From an uncultured Gemmatimonadaceae bacterium (GTDB lineage: Bacteria; Gemmatimonadota; Gemmatimonadetes; Gemmatimonadales; Gemmatimonadaceae), in the NCBI GenBank assembly GCA_963781585.1, contig CAWAGQ010000013.1:256001-320000 (forward strand): a stretch of DNA of 64,000 nucleotides, written 5' to 3'. Shown piece by piece: positions 10,871 to 22,271 of this stretch. The first letter of the stretch is position 1. Every line of letters starts with the position of its first letter. A program made the translations under genes and the position numbers. Below the pieces are notes generated by a model that was not told where the DNA came from, made no database searches, and was given only the letters and a program-made list of their open reading frames with translations.

Positions 10871-12082
10871 CTATTCCTTCCTCACGTATCGCTTGAGCGC
10901 CCTCGGCCCGACCTCGGCGCCGTAGATGTGGCCCGCGGCATCCACGGCCACGCCCTCCGCCGCGCTCGTTCCCCGCGCGTTCTCGTTAGGATCGGGAATG
11001 AAGGCCGTGACCTTTCCGTCCTTCGCGCTCCCGATCCGGATGCCGCGCTTCCACGCCACGTGGGCGGAGTCCACCGACCCCGATTCCGAATCGGCCACGT
11101 AGATGTTGTCGTTCCGGTCGATGAAGATCCCGCTCGGCCGGCTGAATTGATACCAGGTATCCAGGAGCTTGCCATCCTGGGTGAAGATCTGAATCCGGTT
11201 GTTGCCGCGATCACCTACGAACAGACGTCCGCGCGAGTCCATGGCCAGGGCGTGCGGCTGGTCGAACTCGCCCGGCCCGGTGCCGAAGTGTCCCCAGGTC
11301 GCGACCAGCGCCCCGTCCTTCGAGAACCTGAGGACGCGGGCATTCGGCAGGCCGTTGGCCGCGCGCGACGAGTGCCCCTCGGCCACGTAGATGTCGCCGC
11401 TCGGCGCCACCAGAACGTCGTTAGGCTGCCAGAAATACCCCGGCTCCCGCGCGCCCCCGGGCGTGCCGAGTGTCCGGAGAAGCTTCCCGTCGGGGCTGAA
11501 CTCGAACACCTGATGACCCTTCGGCGCCTCCCGCGCGCCTTCGGCTGCGCCGGTGGCGCCCCCCCGGCCCGCGCCGCGACCGGCGCTGTCGGCGTTCCCC
11601 CTGCCGCCCGCGCGACCTGCACCGCCGCGTGCGGCACTGTCGCCGCCGGCACCACCACGGCCCGCGCCCCCGCCGCGCCGTCCGCCGCCTCCCCCGGTGC
11701 ACGCACAATCCGTCACCCACACATTCCCGGCGCGATCCACGAAAATGCCGTGCGGCGAAAGCAGCATCCCGGCGCCGAACGACGTCAGCAGATTGCCATC
11801 GGCGTCGAAATGGAGAATCGAGGGAAGGTCTGAGCCGGCGCAGCTGTTCGCGCCGCAGCGTTCGGCGACCCAGATGCTCTTGCCGTCGGGCGCGATATCG
11901 ACCGCGCTGGTCGAACCCCATGTTCGTCCCGCGGGAAGCTTCGCCCAGCCCTCGATGGTCTGGTACGGGTTGGGCAGATCGTTCGTGGGCTCGGGTGCGG
12001 CCTGGGCCCGGCCCGTTCGGTGCAGCGTCGCCAGGGTGGCGGCGAAGACGATCGCAGATGCGACGCGACGGGGATGCGACAT
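10871..12082 (-). CDS. NHL-repeat (PAL-like) secreted protein
   Basis: [46 protein letters not shown]. Confidence 0.88.
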   Translation of the reverse strand: MSHPRRVASAIVFAATLATLHRTGRAQAAPEPTNDLPNPYQTIEGWAKLPAGRTWGSTSAVDIAPDGKSIWVAERCGANSCAGSDLPSILHFDADGNLLTSFGAGMLLSPHGIFVDRAGNVWVTDCACTGGGGGRRGGGAGRGGAGGDSAARGGAGRAGGRGNADSAGRGAGRGGATGAAEGAREAPKGHQVFEFSPDGKLLRTLGTPGGAREPGYFWQPNDVLVAPSGDIYVAEGHSSRAANGLPNARVLRFSKDGALVATWGHFGTGPGEFDQPHALAMDSRGRLFVGDRGNNRIQIFTQDGKLLDTWYQFSRPSGIFIDRNDNIYVADSESGSVDSAHVAWKRGIRIGSAKDGKVTAFIPDPNENARGTSAAEGVAVDAAGHIYGAEVGPRALKRYVRKE

Positions 12083-12448
12083 CGAACGGACACTCCCTCG
12101 AAACGAGGTGAAGGCGATTCAAGACCTGCAATGTTCCACCCGCCCGCGGCCGTCACCCATTCAGGAGCAGGCGCGGGTGGCCCTGGCCCGACTCCCGCGT
12201 GCCGTCGGCCACCCGGGACCCCGAGAGTGCGCCATCCTCCGACTCCCGTGTGCCGCCGGCAGCCCGGGGGAACAAGGGCGAGAGCCGCGGTCGCTCAAGA
12301 CTGCGAGGGGTGCAGCTCCGGTGCAATGGTGCGGTCCAATCCGACCGCCGTCGAGGCCATGCTTGCCGTGCGCGCCTGTCGCCCCCACTATGAGCCCGTG
12401 CCGATTCGTGTTCGGTTCTCGCCCTCTCCCCACACGCTCGAGGCGACG

Positions 12449-15400
12449 ATGTCCCGATTCGTCCGCGGTGCGCTGACCGCCGCCACGCTTCTCGCTACTG
12501 TCGCGCCCGGCGCCCTCCGGGCTCAGGGCGGGCAGGAAGACTCCACTTCGCGCGGTGGCCAGCGCGAGCTGCCACTCACGCCCTCCAAACCGCTGAAGTT
12601 CACCACCGACGAGGGGACATGGCTTTCGCTCGATGTCTCTCCGGACGGGAAGACCGTCGTCTTCGATCTGATCGGCGACCTGTACACGGTGCCGGTGACC
12701 GGCGGGAAGGCCACGCGCCTGACGAGCGGGCAGGCCTTCGACGGGCAGCCGCATTTCTCGCCGGACGGGAAGACGATCGTATTCGTGAGCGACCGGAGTG
12801 GATCGGACAACCTCTGGTTTGTCAGTCCCGAGGGCGGGGATCCGCGTCCGCTGACGCGTGAGACGGACCACGGATTCCTCTCTCCCACCTTCACCCCCGA
12901 CGGCAAGTACGTGGTGGTGTCGAAGGCCATGACCTGGAGCGGCTCGCAGTACGATCTCTGGATGTATCACGTGGGCGGCGGATCCGGTCTCCGGCTGACG
13001 GGGTCCGATTCGGCCGGCGGGCGTGGTGGCGCGCCGGCCGGCGGACGCGGCGGCGGCCCTCCGAACAACTTTGTCGGCCCGGCCGTGTCGCCGAACGAGC
13101 GCTACGTTTATGCCGCCATGCGCACCGGCGGCGGTGGCTACAACCAGACCTCGCTCGGCTGGCAGATCGGCATCTTCGATCGCGAGAACGGCCGCACCTT
13201 CATCAGGACGGACGCCCCGGGCTCGGGCATGCGTCCCGAAGTCAGTCCCGACGGCAAGTGGCTCACCTACGCCACCCGCATCGACTCCCTTACGGTGCTG
13301 ATGATCCGCGACCTGACATCGGGAGATGAGCACGTGCTGGTGCCGAAAATCCAGCGCGACGATCAGGAATCGCGTTTCAGCCGGGACCTTGTGCCGCCGT
13401 ACGCGTTTCTGCCCGACAGCAAGTCGCTGGTGATCGCGCATCACGGTCATTTGTGGCGGGTGAGCGTGCCTGAGGGGCGTGAGACGATGATCCCGTTCAG
13501 CGCCGATGTCGACCAGATGATCGCCGGAGCGATCAAGGAGCAGTATCCGTTCAACGACACCACGCTGGTGGTGCGGCAGATCCGGGATCAGGAGCCCTCC
13601 CCCGACGGGAAGCGGCTGGTGTTCACGGCGCTCGACCGGATCTGGGTGATGGACCTGCCGAGCGGGACGCCGCGCCGGCTGGTGCCCACCGAGGACGTTG
13701 GGGAGTTCGATCCGGCGTGGTCGCCCGACGGGCGGTTCGTGGTCTACGTGACCTGGAACGATGCCACGGGCGGCGACGTCTATCGCGCGTCGACCTCCGG
13801 TTCCGGGACGCCGGAAAAGCTGACCACGCAGTCGGCGTTCTACGCCTATCCGGTCTATTCGCCCGACGGGGCGCGCCTGGTGGTGAATCGCGGCCCCCGG
13901 GCGATGCGCCGCGGCCGGGACGAGCTCGAGGCGCCTAACGCGCAGGCGGTCTCGGTGGAGCTCATGTGGATGCCGGCCGGCGGCGGCGCGCTGACCGACA
14001 TCGCGCCCGTCAATTCGCCGGTGCGACCGAACTTCGTCACCAGCGATCCGGAACACATCTACCTCAGCATCGGTGGGCTGGAGCGGATGCGCTTCGACGG
14101 CACCGACCAGAAGACGATCCTGCGCATTGGTGGGGGAGGGCGCGGCGGTGGAGGCGGGGGCGGGGGCGGGGGAGGCCAGGTGCTCATTTCGCCGGACGGC
14201 GAGCGGGCGCTGGTGGCGTCCAACACCCACGTCTACGTGATCGAGGCCGTACCCGAGACCGGCAATCCACCCACGATCAACGCGACCAATCCCGGCCAGT
14301 CCCAGGTGCCGGTCCGGAAAATCACCACCGTGGGCGGCGAATTCCCGGCCTGGACCCACGACGGCCGGCAGGTGCTGTACTCGTTAGGTCATTCGCTCTT
14401 CACCTACGATCTGGCGGCGGCCGAGACGGCGGCGCGTGACTCCACGGCCCGTGCCGACTCCATCACCAGAGCCGGCCGCGGCGCCCGCGGCGGTGGAGCC
14501 GGCGCCGGCGGCGGGCGCGGAGCAGGGCGGGGTGCGGGCGGGGGCGCGCCGGCGCCGCCGATCTACGAGGCCGAGCGCCACGACGTCCTCATCAGCGTCA
14601 AGAAGGACCGTCCGAGTGGAAGCGTCGTACTGCGGGGTGCCCGCATCATCACCATGAAGGGCGATGAAGTCATCTCCCGGGGTGACATCGTGGTGACCGA
14701 CAACCGCATCGCCGCGGTGGGGCCGTCGGGCAGCGTGCGCATCCCCGCTGGCGCGCGGGTGATCAACGTGGCGGGAAAGACCATCATGCCGGGCTACGTG
14801 GACATCCACGCCCACATCTGGCCCGCGTTCGGCGTGCACAAGTCGCAGCCGTACGAGTATCTGGCGAACCTCGCGTACGGCGTGACGACGACTCGCGACC
14901 CGCAGACCTCCACAACCGACGTCCTCTCCTACAGTGACATGGTGGAGACGGGCGAATTCATCGGGCCGCGCATCTATGCCACCGGCCCGGGCGTCTTCGC
15001 GCAGGCCAACATCCGCACGATCGACGACGCACGAACGGTGCTGAAGCGGTACTCCGAGTTCTATTTCACCAACACCATCAAGCAATACATGACGGGCGAC
15101 CGCCACGTGCGGCAGCTGGTGTCGATGGCCGCCCGCGAGCAACACCTCATGCCGACGCTCGAAGGGGGTCTCGACTTCAAGAAGAACCTCACCGAAGCCA
15201 TGGACGGCTACTCCGGGAGCGAGCACACCCTTCCCATCGCGCCGCTGTACAAGGATGTCCTCGAGCTGTTCGCGACCACCGGTGGCGACACCTGGACGCC
15301 GACGCTCATCGTGCAGTACGGCGGCCCGTGGGCGGAGAACTACTGGTACGAGACCACCGATGTGCTGAACGACCCCAAGCTGAACCACTTCACTCCGCGT

Positions 15401-15880
15401 GGCGTGGTGGAGGAGAAGGCGTCACGCCGGCCGGGATGGTGGGCGCCCACGCAGTGGTCGTTCCAGCTCTTCGCCCAGCAGGCGGCCAAGCTCGTCGCGG
15501 CCGGCGGCCGGGTGGGGCTGGGGAGCCACGGCCAGCTTCAGGGGCTCGGCGCCCAGTGGGAGATCTGGAACATCGCGTCAGGCGGGATGCCGCGGCACGA
15601 CGTGCTGAAGGTGGCGACGATCTTTGGCGCGGAGGCGATCGGCCTGGAGACGGAGCTGGGGTCGCTGGAAGCGGGGAAGCTGGCCGACCTGCAGGTGCTC
15701 GACAAGAACCCGCTCGACGACATCCGCAACACCAATACGATTCGGTATGTGATGAAGAACGGGCGGCTGTACGACGGCAACACGCTCGACGAAATCTGGC
15801 CGCGACAGAAGCAGCTGGCCGGACTGTGGTGGTGGAGTCAGGCGGCCAACGCACAGGGGGGAAGCCGAAGCCGCGAATGA
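12449..15880 (+). CDS. TolB/PD40-repeat + amidohydrolase fusion, secreted
   Basis: Repeated SPDG motifs; MPGYVDIHAH metal-binding motif; GSLEAGKLADL; start MSRFVRG. Confidence 0.88.
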   Translation: MSRFVRGALTAATLLATVAPGALRAQGGQEDSTSRGGQRELPLTPSKPLKFTTDEGTWLSLDVSPDGKTVVFDLIGDLYTVPVTGGKATRLTSGQAFDGQPHFSPDGKTIVFVSDRSGSDNLWFVSPEGGDPRPLTRETDHGFLSPTFTPDGKYVVVSKAMTWSGSQYDLWMYHVGGGSGLRLTGSDSAGGRGGAPAGGRGGGPPNNFVGPAVSPNERYVYAAMRTGGGGYNQTSLGWQIGIFDRENGRTFIRTDAPGSGMRPEVSPDGKWLTYATRIDSLTVLMIRDLTSGDEHVLVPKIQRDDQESRFSRDLVPPYAFLPDSKSLVIAHHGHLWRVSVPEGRETMIPFSADVDQMIAGAIKEQYPFNDTTLVVRQIRDQEPSPDGKRLVFTALDRIWVMDLPSGTPRRLVPTEDVGEFDPAWSPDGRFVVYVTWNDATGGDVYRASTSGSGTPEKLTTQSAFYAYPVYSPDGARLVVNRGPRAMRRGRDELEAPNAQAVSVELMWMPAGGGALTDIAPVNSPVRPNFVTSDPEHIYLSIGGLERMRFDGTDQKTILRIGGGGRGGGGGGGGGGGQVLISPDGERALVASNTHVYVIEAVPETGNPPTINATNPGQSQVPVRKITTVGGEFPAWTHDGRQVLYSLGHSLFTYDLAAAETAARDSTARADSITRAGRGARGGGAGAGGGRGAGRGAGGGAPAPPIYEAERHDVLISVKKDRPSGSVVLRGARIITMKGDEVISRGDIVVTDNRIAAVGPSGSVRIPAGARVINVAGKTIMPGYVDIHAHIWPAFGVHKSQPYEYLANLAYGVTTTRDPQTSTTDVLSYSDMVETGEFIGPRIYATGPGVFAQANIRTIDDARTVLKRYSEFYFTNTIKQYMTGDRHVRQLVSMAAREQHLMPTLEGGLDFKKNLTEAMDGYSGSEHTLPIAPLYKDVLELFATTGGDTWTPTLIVQYGGPWAENYWYETTDVLNDPKLNHFTPRGVVEEKASRRPGWWAPTQWSFQLFAQQAAKLVAAGGRVGLGSHGQLQGLGAQWEIWNIASGGMPRHDVLKVATIFGAEAIGLETELGSLEAGKLADLQVLDKNPLDDIRNTNTIRYVMKNGRLYDGNTLDEIWPRQKQLAGLWWWSQAANAQGGSRSRE

Positions 15881-16034
15881 CGGCTGCTGAATGCGGACGC
15901 TGAGAGCCGACGGCTGCTCGCTACTCGCTCTATTGGACAGCTGACAGGTGAATGCTGAAACGCCGTTCCTGTTCGGGACCGCCGCTGCGGCCTCGAACAG
16001 GAACGGCGTTCTAAGTCAGGTGGTGCGATCGGCG

Positions 16035-17417
16035 TCAGGCGTTGCGGTCGATGCACCCCTTGAAGTTCGGGTTGTTGAGTTCGTCGGTGGTGATCGGCAT
16101 GTTGACGTCCGAGCCGTAAAGGGCGCCGGCCGCTTTGAACCACTGCCCACTCGGGAAGACGTGGTCGGCCGTGCGATTGTACTGCCGGATCAGCCGGCGC
16201 AGGTCGCCCAGCCGCTGGCCCCGCGCGAACGTCCAGAACGCCTTCTCGCGGAAGAACAGATTCACCGCCGCGTCGCCGGCCGCCGGGGTTGGCAAGGCGG
16301 CCATCACCGGCGTGCTGATGGCGCCGAGGTTCTGCGGTGCGGCGCGGAGCGCGTTCAGGATGGTCATCATCCCGGCCACGTCGTTCGCCTTGAGCTTCGC
16401 CTCGGCTTCGATCAGGCGCGCATCCACGCCCGACACCACCGGCGTCGGATCGGTGCGGCCCCAGAGGTTCTGGAACACCCAGTCGGTGGACGTGTCGAAG
16501 CCCTTGCCTTTCGACGAGTTGAGGGTCGAGCCGCTCACCGGGACGCGGGGATCACCGGCCGAGGCAAAGGGAATCGCGTTGTCGATGATGCCGCCCACGT
16601 CGAAGCTGTCCCCCACCGTCCACCGCTTCTGACTGGTGTTCAGGCTCCAGATGTTGTTGTTGCCACCGGTGAGCGAGAACGTGGAGCGCCACTGGAAGCT
16701 GGTGGCGACGCCGGCCACGAGGGTCGCAGCTTCGCTGAACTTGCCCTGGTCGACCAGCACACGAGCCTTGACAATGGTTGCCGCGTTCCGGACCGACACG
16801 GCGAGGGTATCCGTGCCCGTGGAGGCAGCCAGCGCCGAGTCCAGATGCGTGATGGCCACCGCGTAGACTTCGGCGTTCGTCAGGGGCGGCCCGTACTCCG
16901 GCGCGCCCGTCGAGGCATCGCTGAGTGGGATACCGTTACAGAAATCCTCGGCCAGCTGCATCTCGGCAAACCCGATGATGAAGTACATCTGGCCGAGCCC
17001 CGCTGCCGGGTCCGGCTTGTACTGGACCAGCGCGGCGAGTGCCTCGCGCGCGTTGGTGCGCACCCGGTACAACGTGCGCAGCATCCCCTGGATGTTGGCG
17101 TTGTTGTCGGTGATGGAGCGTTGATCGGTTTCGTTCCGCTGGAGGAATGTGTCGCTCGACTTCCACTCGTCGGTCATGAGGCCGCCGAGGAGCCAGGAAC
17201 TCTCGCCCCCGGCATTGGAGTCCCGGAACCGCGCGAGGGCCCCGATGCGCAATGCGTCCGCGGCCTCGGGGGAATTGATCGTGGCCGGTTTGATGATGTC
17301 CGGGTCGTCGGCGGCCAGGAGGTCGTTCTTGAACTGCGAGCAACCGGCCAGCGCCAGCGCGGTGCTGGTCAGGGCTCCCGCGACGACGAGCCGGCGCATC
17401 GAAATGGTCGTAGTCAT
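16035..17417 (-). CDS. SusD/RagB-like nutrient-binding lipoprotein
   Basis: Lipobox LAGC; REKAFWTFARGQRLGDLRRL; C-terminal ELNNPN; directly downstream of SusC. Confidence 0.88.
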   Translation of the reverse strand: MTTTISMRRLVVAGALTSTALALAGCSQFKNDLLAADDPDIIKPATINSPEAADALRIGALARFRDSNAGGESSWLLGGLMTDEWKSSDTFLQRNETDQRSITDNNANIQGMLRTLYRVRTNAREALAALVQYKPDPAAGLGQMYFIIGFAEMQLAEDFCNGIPLSDASTGAPEYGPPLTNAEVYAVAITHLDSALAASTGTDTLAVSVRNAATIVKARVLVDQGKFSEAATLVAGVATSFQWRSTFSLTGGNNNIWSLNTSQKRWTVGDSFDVGGIIDNAIPFASAGDPRVPVSGSTLNSSKGKGFDTSTDWVFQNLWGRTDPTPVVSGVDARLIEAEAKLKANDVAGMMTILNALRAAPQNLGAISTPVMAALPTPAAGDAAVNLFFREKAFWTFARGQRLGDLRRLIRQYNRTADHVFPSGQWFKAAGALYGSDVNMPITTDELNNPNFKGCIDRNA

Positions 17418-17438
17418 GTGAGTGAGTGCCGGCTAGGG

Positions 17439-20400
17439 TTAGTAACGGACGTTCATGCGGAGGGTGTAGTACCGCGGCGGTGCCGCCGTGAGCAGGGTCG
17501 ACTGGGTGTTGCCCTGGCTGTAGTTCTGCTCGGGGTCGGTCGCCGTCCAGTTGGTGAACACGTGGAGATTGCGAATGCCGAACGTGATGTTGGCCCCGCG
17601 GCTGCGGAAAATCCGCGACGCGACGAAATCGCTGAACGTGTAGGTCGCCGACAACTCGCGGATCCGCCAGAACGTGTCGCGTTCGATGTAGCCGGCTGAG
17701 GTCCGGTCGCTGGTGAACCGGTTGGCCATGCCGCGCGCCTGCTCCCAGAGCGGCGCCGACTCGCTGGTGATGTCGAAACAGCCATTGCTCCGCTGCTGGC
17801 AGAGGAACTGGCCTTCGGAATTCAGCACCCGGAACCCGCCCTTGTAGTCCGCCAGCACCGTGACGCGCAGCCGGCGTCCCAGCAGGTCGAGCGAATTGGT
17901 GATCGAATACTCGTCACGCGGCTGGGAGTACCCGAGGAACTTCTGCGCCGTATCGGCGCTGCCGCCGTTGACGTGTACTTCATTCGGCGTGATGATGCCG
18001 TCGCCATTATCGTCGGCCCACGTGAACGGGCGCTCCCAGTAGCCGTTGAGCGGATAACCCGGTGTCTGGCGCGTCGTGGTGCCGATGATCGGCGGGACGT
18101 CGGCACCGGCCGGCGTCTTCCCGAGCGTCACCAGCTTGTTGCTGTTGTGCGACAAGCTGAAGGTGATGTCCCACGTGACATTGCGGGTATCGAACGGCGT
18201 GGCGTTGAGCTGGGTCTCCCACCCCCAGTTCTTCACCGACCCGAGATTCACCAGCTGGCTGTTTGACGACGAGCCGGCCGACGGCGCGATCGTCAGGTTC
18301 ACGAGCGCGTCCTTCGACAGCTTGCTGTAGTACGTCACATCCAGATTCACCCGGTTGCCCAACAGCCGCGAGTCGAAGCCGCCTTCCCACTCGGTCGATC
18401 GCTCGGGCTTGAGCTGATCATTCCCGAGCTGGTTCGACCGGAGACCGCTGATGTCGGTGTTCCCGATGTTGGTCGTCACCACCGAGAACGTCCGGAGCGC
18501 GTCGTTCGGGCCCGGCTGCACGCCCGAGGCGCCAACCGCGGTGCGCAGGCGCAGCTCGTTGAGCCATGAAATGTGCGGGAAGAAGTTCTCGTCCGAGAGG
18601 AGCCACGACAGGGATGCCTTCGGGTAATAGACGCGCTGGAAGTTCGTGCCGAACGCGCTGTTCTGATCGGTGCGGATCGCCGCGGTCAGGAAGAGCCGAT
18701 CGCGGATGGCCGCGTCCTCTTCGACGTACAGCCCGAGCGTCTTGGTCAGCGTCGTGGAGTTGCTGGCGTTCGGGATCGTCCCCGCGCCCGGCGTCTCGGC
18801 ACCTGGTGGAAGCTGCTGTCCCCTGGCCGAATTGCTGAATGAGCTGAACTCGCCGAACTGCGTGCCGAGGATGGTCTTCAGGTTCACCCAGTCAGCGGCC
18901 TGCCAGGAGCTCGCGCTGGTGATATTCGTGGTGATGTTGCGGATGTTCGCGCGGGCATCGGTCGCCGACCCTTCGCGGTTCGTTCCGAAATTGGCGCACT
19001 GCTGGAATCGGCAGAGGACTTCATTCACCCGATCCGACAGGTCCACCCCGACGTCGGCACGGTTCTCCATCCAGGAGAACGGCCGCCAGTCGGCGTTGGC
19101 GCTGGCAATCCCGCGCTGCAGGTTCTGCGAGACCTCGTCCTGGAAGATCTCGGCCGGCGTCGCGAAGGCGTACCCGCGCAGCTGCTGTCCGAGGTTGCCG
19201 ATCCCGCTGTACCCCGGACCCGCTCCCTTCCACCCCGGGCCCATGTCGCCGTTGTACCAGAAGCTGTTCACGTTGTTGTCGACCTGCGGCAACCGCTGAT
19301 TGCTGCGAATGAAGTTCGTATTGAGCGCGAGGTCGAGCCGCGGCGAAACCGACGCATTCAGGTTCGAGCGGAACGACACTTTCTGCAGCGTGTTCGGTTG
19401 CTTCCATGCGTCTGGGAGCCCGGCCTTGAGGGTGTCGAGCCGGAGTCGCGAAAACTCGGGCATGCTGAACACGCCGATCTCGTTCTCGAGATCCCCGGCG
19501 GTGAAGTACCGCACCACGTCGGTGCCGCCACGAATCTGCAAGCCGAACAGGTTGCGGTTCCCGACGTCGATTGGCGTCGTCTCGGGATCGTGCCAGAGGT
19601 CCAACACCGACGTGCTGTCTTTCACGCACGATCCATCGGACAGGTCCTTCAGGAAGCAGGTGCGGGCCGTGGTGGGCGTGGCCGGCGAGTGTCCGAGAAT
19701 CGCGTACTGAACCGGATAGTTGTTGTAATCCTTGATCACTCCACCTTCGGCAAAGGTCGTCCACTCGGCGCGTCCGGCCCGGCCCTTCTTGGTGGTGATC
19801 ACGATGACGCCGTTGGCGGCGTCGGTGCCGTAGAGCGTCGCGGCCGACGGCCCCTTTACGATCTCGATGTTCTCGATTTCATCCGGGCTGAGGTCGTTCA
19901 CCCGATTGTCCGACGTGCCACCGACATTCAGGCCACCGTTGCCTGACGTCATGCGGATGCCATCGATGACGTAGATGGGATCATTGGAGAGCGACAGCGA
20001 CGCGGTCCCGCGAATGCGGATGCGGCTGCCGGCACCGGTCATGTTCGACGGCAGCACCTGCACCCCGGGCGCCTTGGCGACGAGCAGGTCGCCCATCGAG
20101 TTGATCGGTGTCATTGACACCTTCGACGCCGCATCGAGGGAGCTCACCGAGCTGCCGAGCTCCACCCGTCGTACTTCGCCGGTGGCCGTCGTCACGACCG
20201 GCGCCAGCGTGAGCGGAATCTGCTCGAGCGCGAAGTTCGCCGTCGCCTGCTGGCCGGCCGAGACGTTGAGCGACTTCTTCTGCTCGACGAACCCGACCCG
20301 AATCACGCGCACGACGCGAATCCCGGAGGGCACGTTGCGGACGGTAGCATCGCCCTCCTGGTTCGTGAGTCCGCCGAGCGTGGTCCCCACAATCGAGATC

Positions 20401-20552
20401 TGGGCCTGGTCCACTGGAGCGCTGGTTCGCGCATCGGTGACCTTGACTGTGACAGACCCCGTCTGCGCCGATGCCCGAATCGGCGCGATGATGAGAAACG
20501 CAAGCAGGGAAAGACCCGCGGACCACCATGCTGTTCGCACGCTGGACGACAT
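17439..20552 (-). CDS. SusC/RagA TonB-dependent receptor
   Basis: IENIEIVKGPSAATLYGTDAANGVIVITTKKG plug motif; C-terminal aromatic residue; start MSSSV after GGAGG. Confidence 0.93.
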   Translation of the reverse strand: MSSSVRTAWWSAGLSLLAFLIIAPIRASAQTGSVTVKVTDARTSAPVDQAQISIVGTTLGGLTNQEGDATVRNVPSGIRVVRVIRVGFVEQKKSLNVSAGQQATANFALEQIPLTLAPVVTTATGEVRRVELGSSVSSLDAASKVSMTPINSMGDLLVAKAPGVQVLPSNMTGAGSRIRIRGTASLSLSNDPIYVIDGIRMTSGNGGLNVGGTSDNRVNDLSPDEIENIEIVKGPSAATLYGTDAANGVIVITTKKGRAGRAEWTTFAEGGVIKDYNNYPVQYAILGHSPATPTTARTCFLKDLSDGSCVKDSTSVLDLWHDPETTPIDVGNRNLFGLQIRGGTDVVRYFTAGDLENEIGVFSMPEFSRLRLDTLKAGLPDAWKQPNTLQKVSFRSNLNASVSPRLDLALNTNFIRSNQRLPQVDNNVNSFWYNGDMGPGWKGAGPGYSGIGNLGQQLRGYAFATPAEIFQDEVSQNLQRGIASANADWRPFSWMENRADVGVDLSDRVNEVLCRFQQCANFGTNREGSATDARANIRNITTNITSASSWQAADWVNLKTILGTQFGEFSSFSNSARGQQLPPGAETPGAGTIPNASNSTTLTKTLGLYVEEDAAIRDRLFLTAAIRTDQNSAFGTNFQRVYYPKASLSWLLSDENFFPHISWLNELRLRTAVGASGVQPGPNDALRTFSVVTTNIGNTDISGLRSNQLGNDQLKPERSTEWEGGFDSRLLGNRVNLDVTYYSKLSKDALVNLTIAPSAGSSSNSQLVNLGSVKNWGWETQLNATPFDTRNVTWDITFSLSHNSNKLVTLGKTPAGADVPPIIGTTTRQTPGYPLNGYWERPFTWADDNGDGIITPNEVHVNGGSADTAQKFLGYSQPRDEYSITNSLDLLGRRLRVTVLADYKGGFRVLNSEGQFLCQQRSNGCFDITSESAPLWEQARGMANRFTSDRTSAGYIERDTFWRIRELSATYTFSDFVASRIFRSRGANITFGIRNLHVFTNWTATDPEQNYSQGNTQSTLLTAAPPRYYTLRMNVRY

Positions 20553-20940
20553 GTTGCCTCCGACGCTGGGGGGAGCGACCGTTGCGGTCGGGCACCCGGC
20601 GGGGCTGCCCGACGAACGGCACGCCAACGGAGTGCTGACGGCTTGTGTGGCGGCCATAGCTTCGCACGCCAAATGTTCGGGTGTCAAGTGTTTCGGAGCC
20701 AAAGAGTCGTCTGGTCCCTGTCCCGGGCTGGTGTCTGTGCGATGCCGGCGGGGGGGCGATTCGTCTCCAGCGCCGCTCCCACGCGAGCATCTACGGTGGG
20801 GCTCCGGGCAGTAGCCATTGGCGACCCGCGGCCCCGTCGAGTCGTGTGGCGCCGCAAGTAGTCGGCGGTCTTCGGGCTGTGCGGTGGCGCGCCAACGGTG
20901 GCCGCGTCGCGCTTCGGAGCAACGCGAATGGCGCCCCCCG

Positions 20941-22254
20941 CTAACGCCAGAGCACTTCCTCGCGTGTCACCCGGATGTTGTGGCGCGCGAGGGATGGGAA
21001 GACCATCTCGTACGGGACGTCGAGCGGGGTGAGTACCCCCCGCTTCGGCAGCGCGCCGCGGAGGATCAGTTGCGCTCCGAGGCTCATGGTGTAGCCAACC
21101 GTCCGCTGCATCGACGTGAACCCGGTACGAAAATCCCGGCGGTCCACCAGGTCGTAAACCACCCTGACGCGTTCGGCGCCGCCGGTTCGCCGATCCGGCG
21201 ATCCCACTTGGTCGGCGGAGGAGTTTGGGGGTCCGCGACCCGGCCCCTTCGAAGAGCGCGTTCCCCGTACGTCGACGCGAACAAAGGTCAGATCCGCATC
21301 GCCCTCCCCGTACCGGAACTGCGGCTGCGATGCGAGGACGGCGGCGACGAATTCCGGTGGTGAGACCTGGGCGTCGCCCACGCTGACCGGCCGTTCCTCC
21401 AGAAATCCGCTCTTCACCATCGTGTCCCAGAATGCGCAGTGCCCGGGAAGCCGACCGGTGTATCGTCCCATCTCGCGCACCTGGTCGCGGATCCCGAACA
21501 GCTCCGCGTAGTGCACGGCGTCGCCATTGGGATAGCACTCGAGCGGCGATTCGATCGCCGGAACGTCGATTCGGTGCACGTGCTGCGGCTCGAAAATGCG
21601 TGTGGCATCGATGGTCTCGACCTCGCCGCCCGCGATGAGGCGCGCGGGCCTGTGGTAGGACCTCATGACCCCCAGCGCCGACCACGAGAACCTGTACTTC
21701 AGCGGGTTGTCTCGTGCGCCCGGCGCCGGAATGCCGGCCCCGTAGGCATGGAACTCGTGCACCGCGTCGAGTTCGCTCAGCGCCTGCGCGCCCAGCACCA
21801 GGTCGAGACCCGGATCCAGCCCGAATTCGGTGAGGATGGCGATCCCCTTCTGCTTCGCCACGCGATCGATGTCGCGCACCGCGGCGCGTGCCGCGGCGAT
21901 CTTCGCCGGATCGGGTTCGCCCGGTGAAACGAAGTACATGCTGCTCACGAGGCTCACGCCGCACTCGGCGGCCAGGCGGCCGATCGGGAGCGCGAAGTGG
22001 CCGGGAAGCGCTTCCACGACGACATCGGCATCGTGCATCAGCGCGGCCACGGCTACTTCGTCGCGCGCGTCGACAATGCGACCCGACACGCGGTCGGGTG
22101 GGTATGCGTGGAGCAGCTCCCGGAGCGACGGATCGGCGTCGGCCACGACCACGCGTGCGACGTCGGCCTCACGCGCCAGATCGTGGAGCGCGGCCTTGCC
22201 CTGCATGCCCGCGCCCAGCAGCAGCACCCGGGCGCCTCGCCCGACCGGCGCCAC
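20941..22254 (-). CDS. Saccharopine dehydrogenase-like oxidoreductase
   Basis: LLGAGMQG Rossmann motif, EFGLDPGLD, NPLKYRFSWS, SMQRTVGY; start uncertain. Confidence 0.85.
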   Translation of the reverse strand: MAPVGRGARVLLLGAGMQGKAALHDLAREADVARVVVADADPSLRELLHAYPPDRVSGRIVDARDEVAVAALMHDADVVVEALPGHFALPIGRLAAECGVSLVSSMYFVSPGEPDPAKIAAARAAVRDIDRVAKQKGIAILTEFGLDPGLDLVLGAQALSELDAVHEFHAYGAGIPAPGARDNPLKYRFSWSALGVMRSYHRPARLIAGGEVETIDATRIFEPQHVHRIDVPAIESPLECYPNGDAVHYAELFGIRDQVREMGRYTGRLPGHCAFWDTMVKSGFLEERPVSVGDAQVSPPEFVAAVLASQPQFRYGEGDADLTFVRVDVRGTRSSKGPGRGPPNSSADQVGSPDRRTGGAERVRVVYDLVDRRDFRTGFTSMQRTVGYTMSLGAQLILRGALPKRGVLTPLDVPYEMVFPSLARHNIRVTREEVLWR

Positions 22255-22271
22255 GTCGGTGTCCGGCCTGC

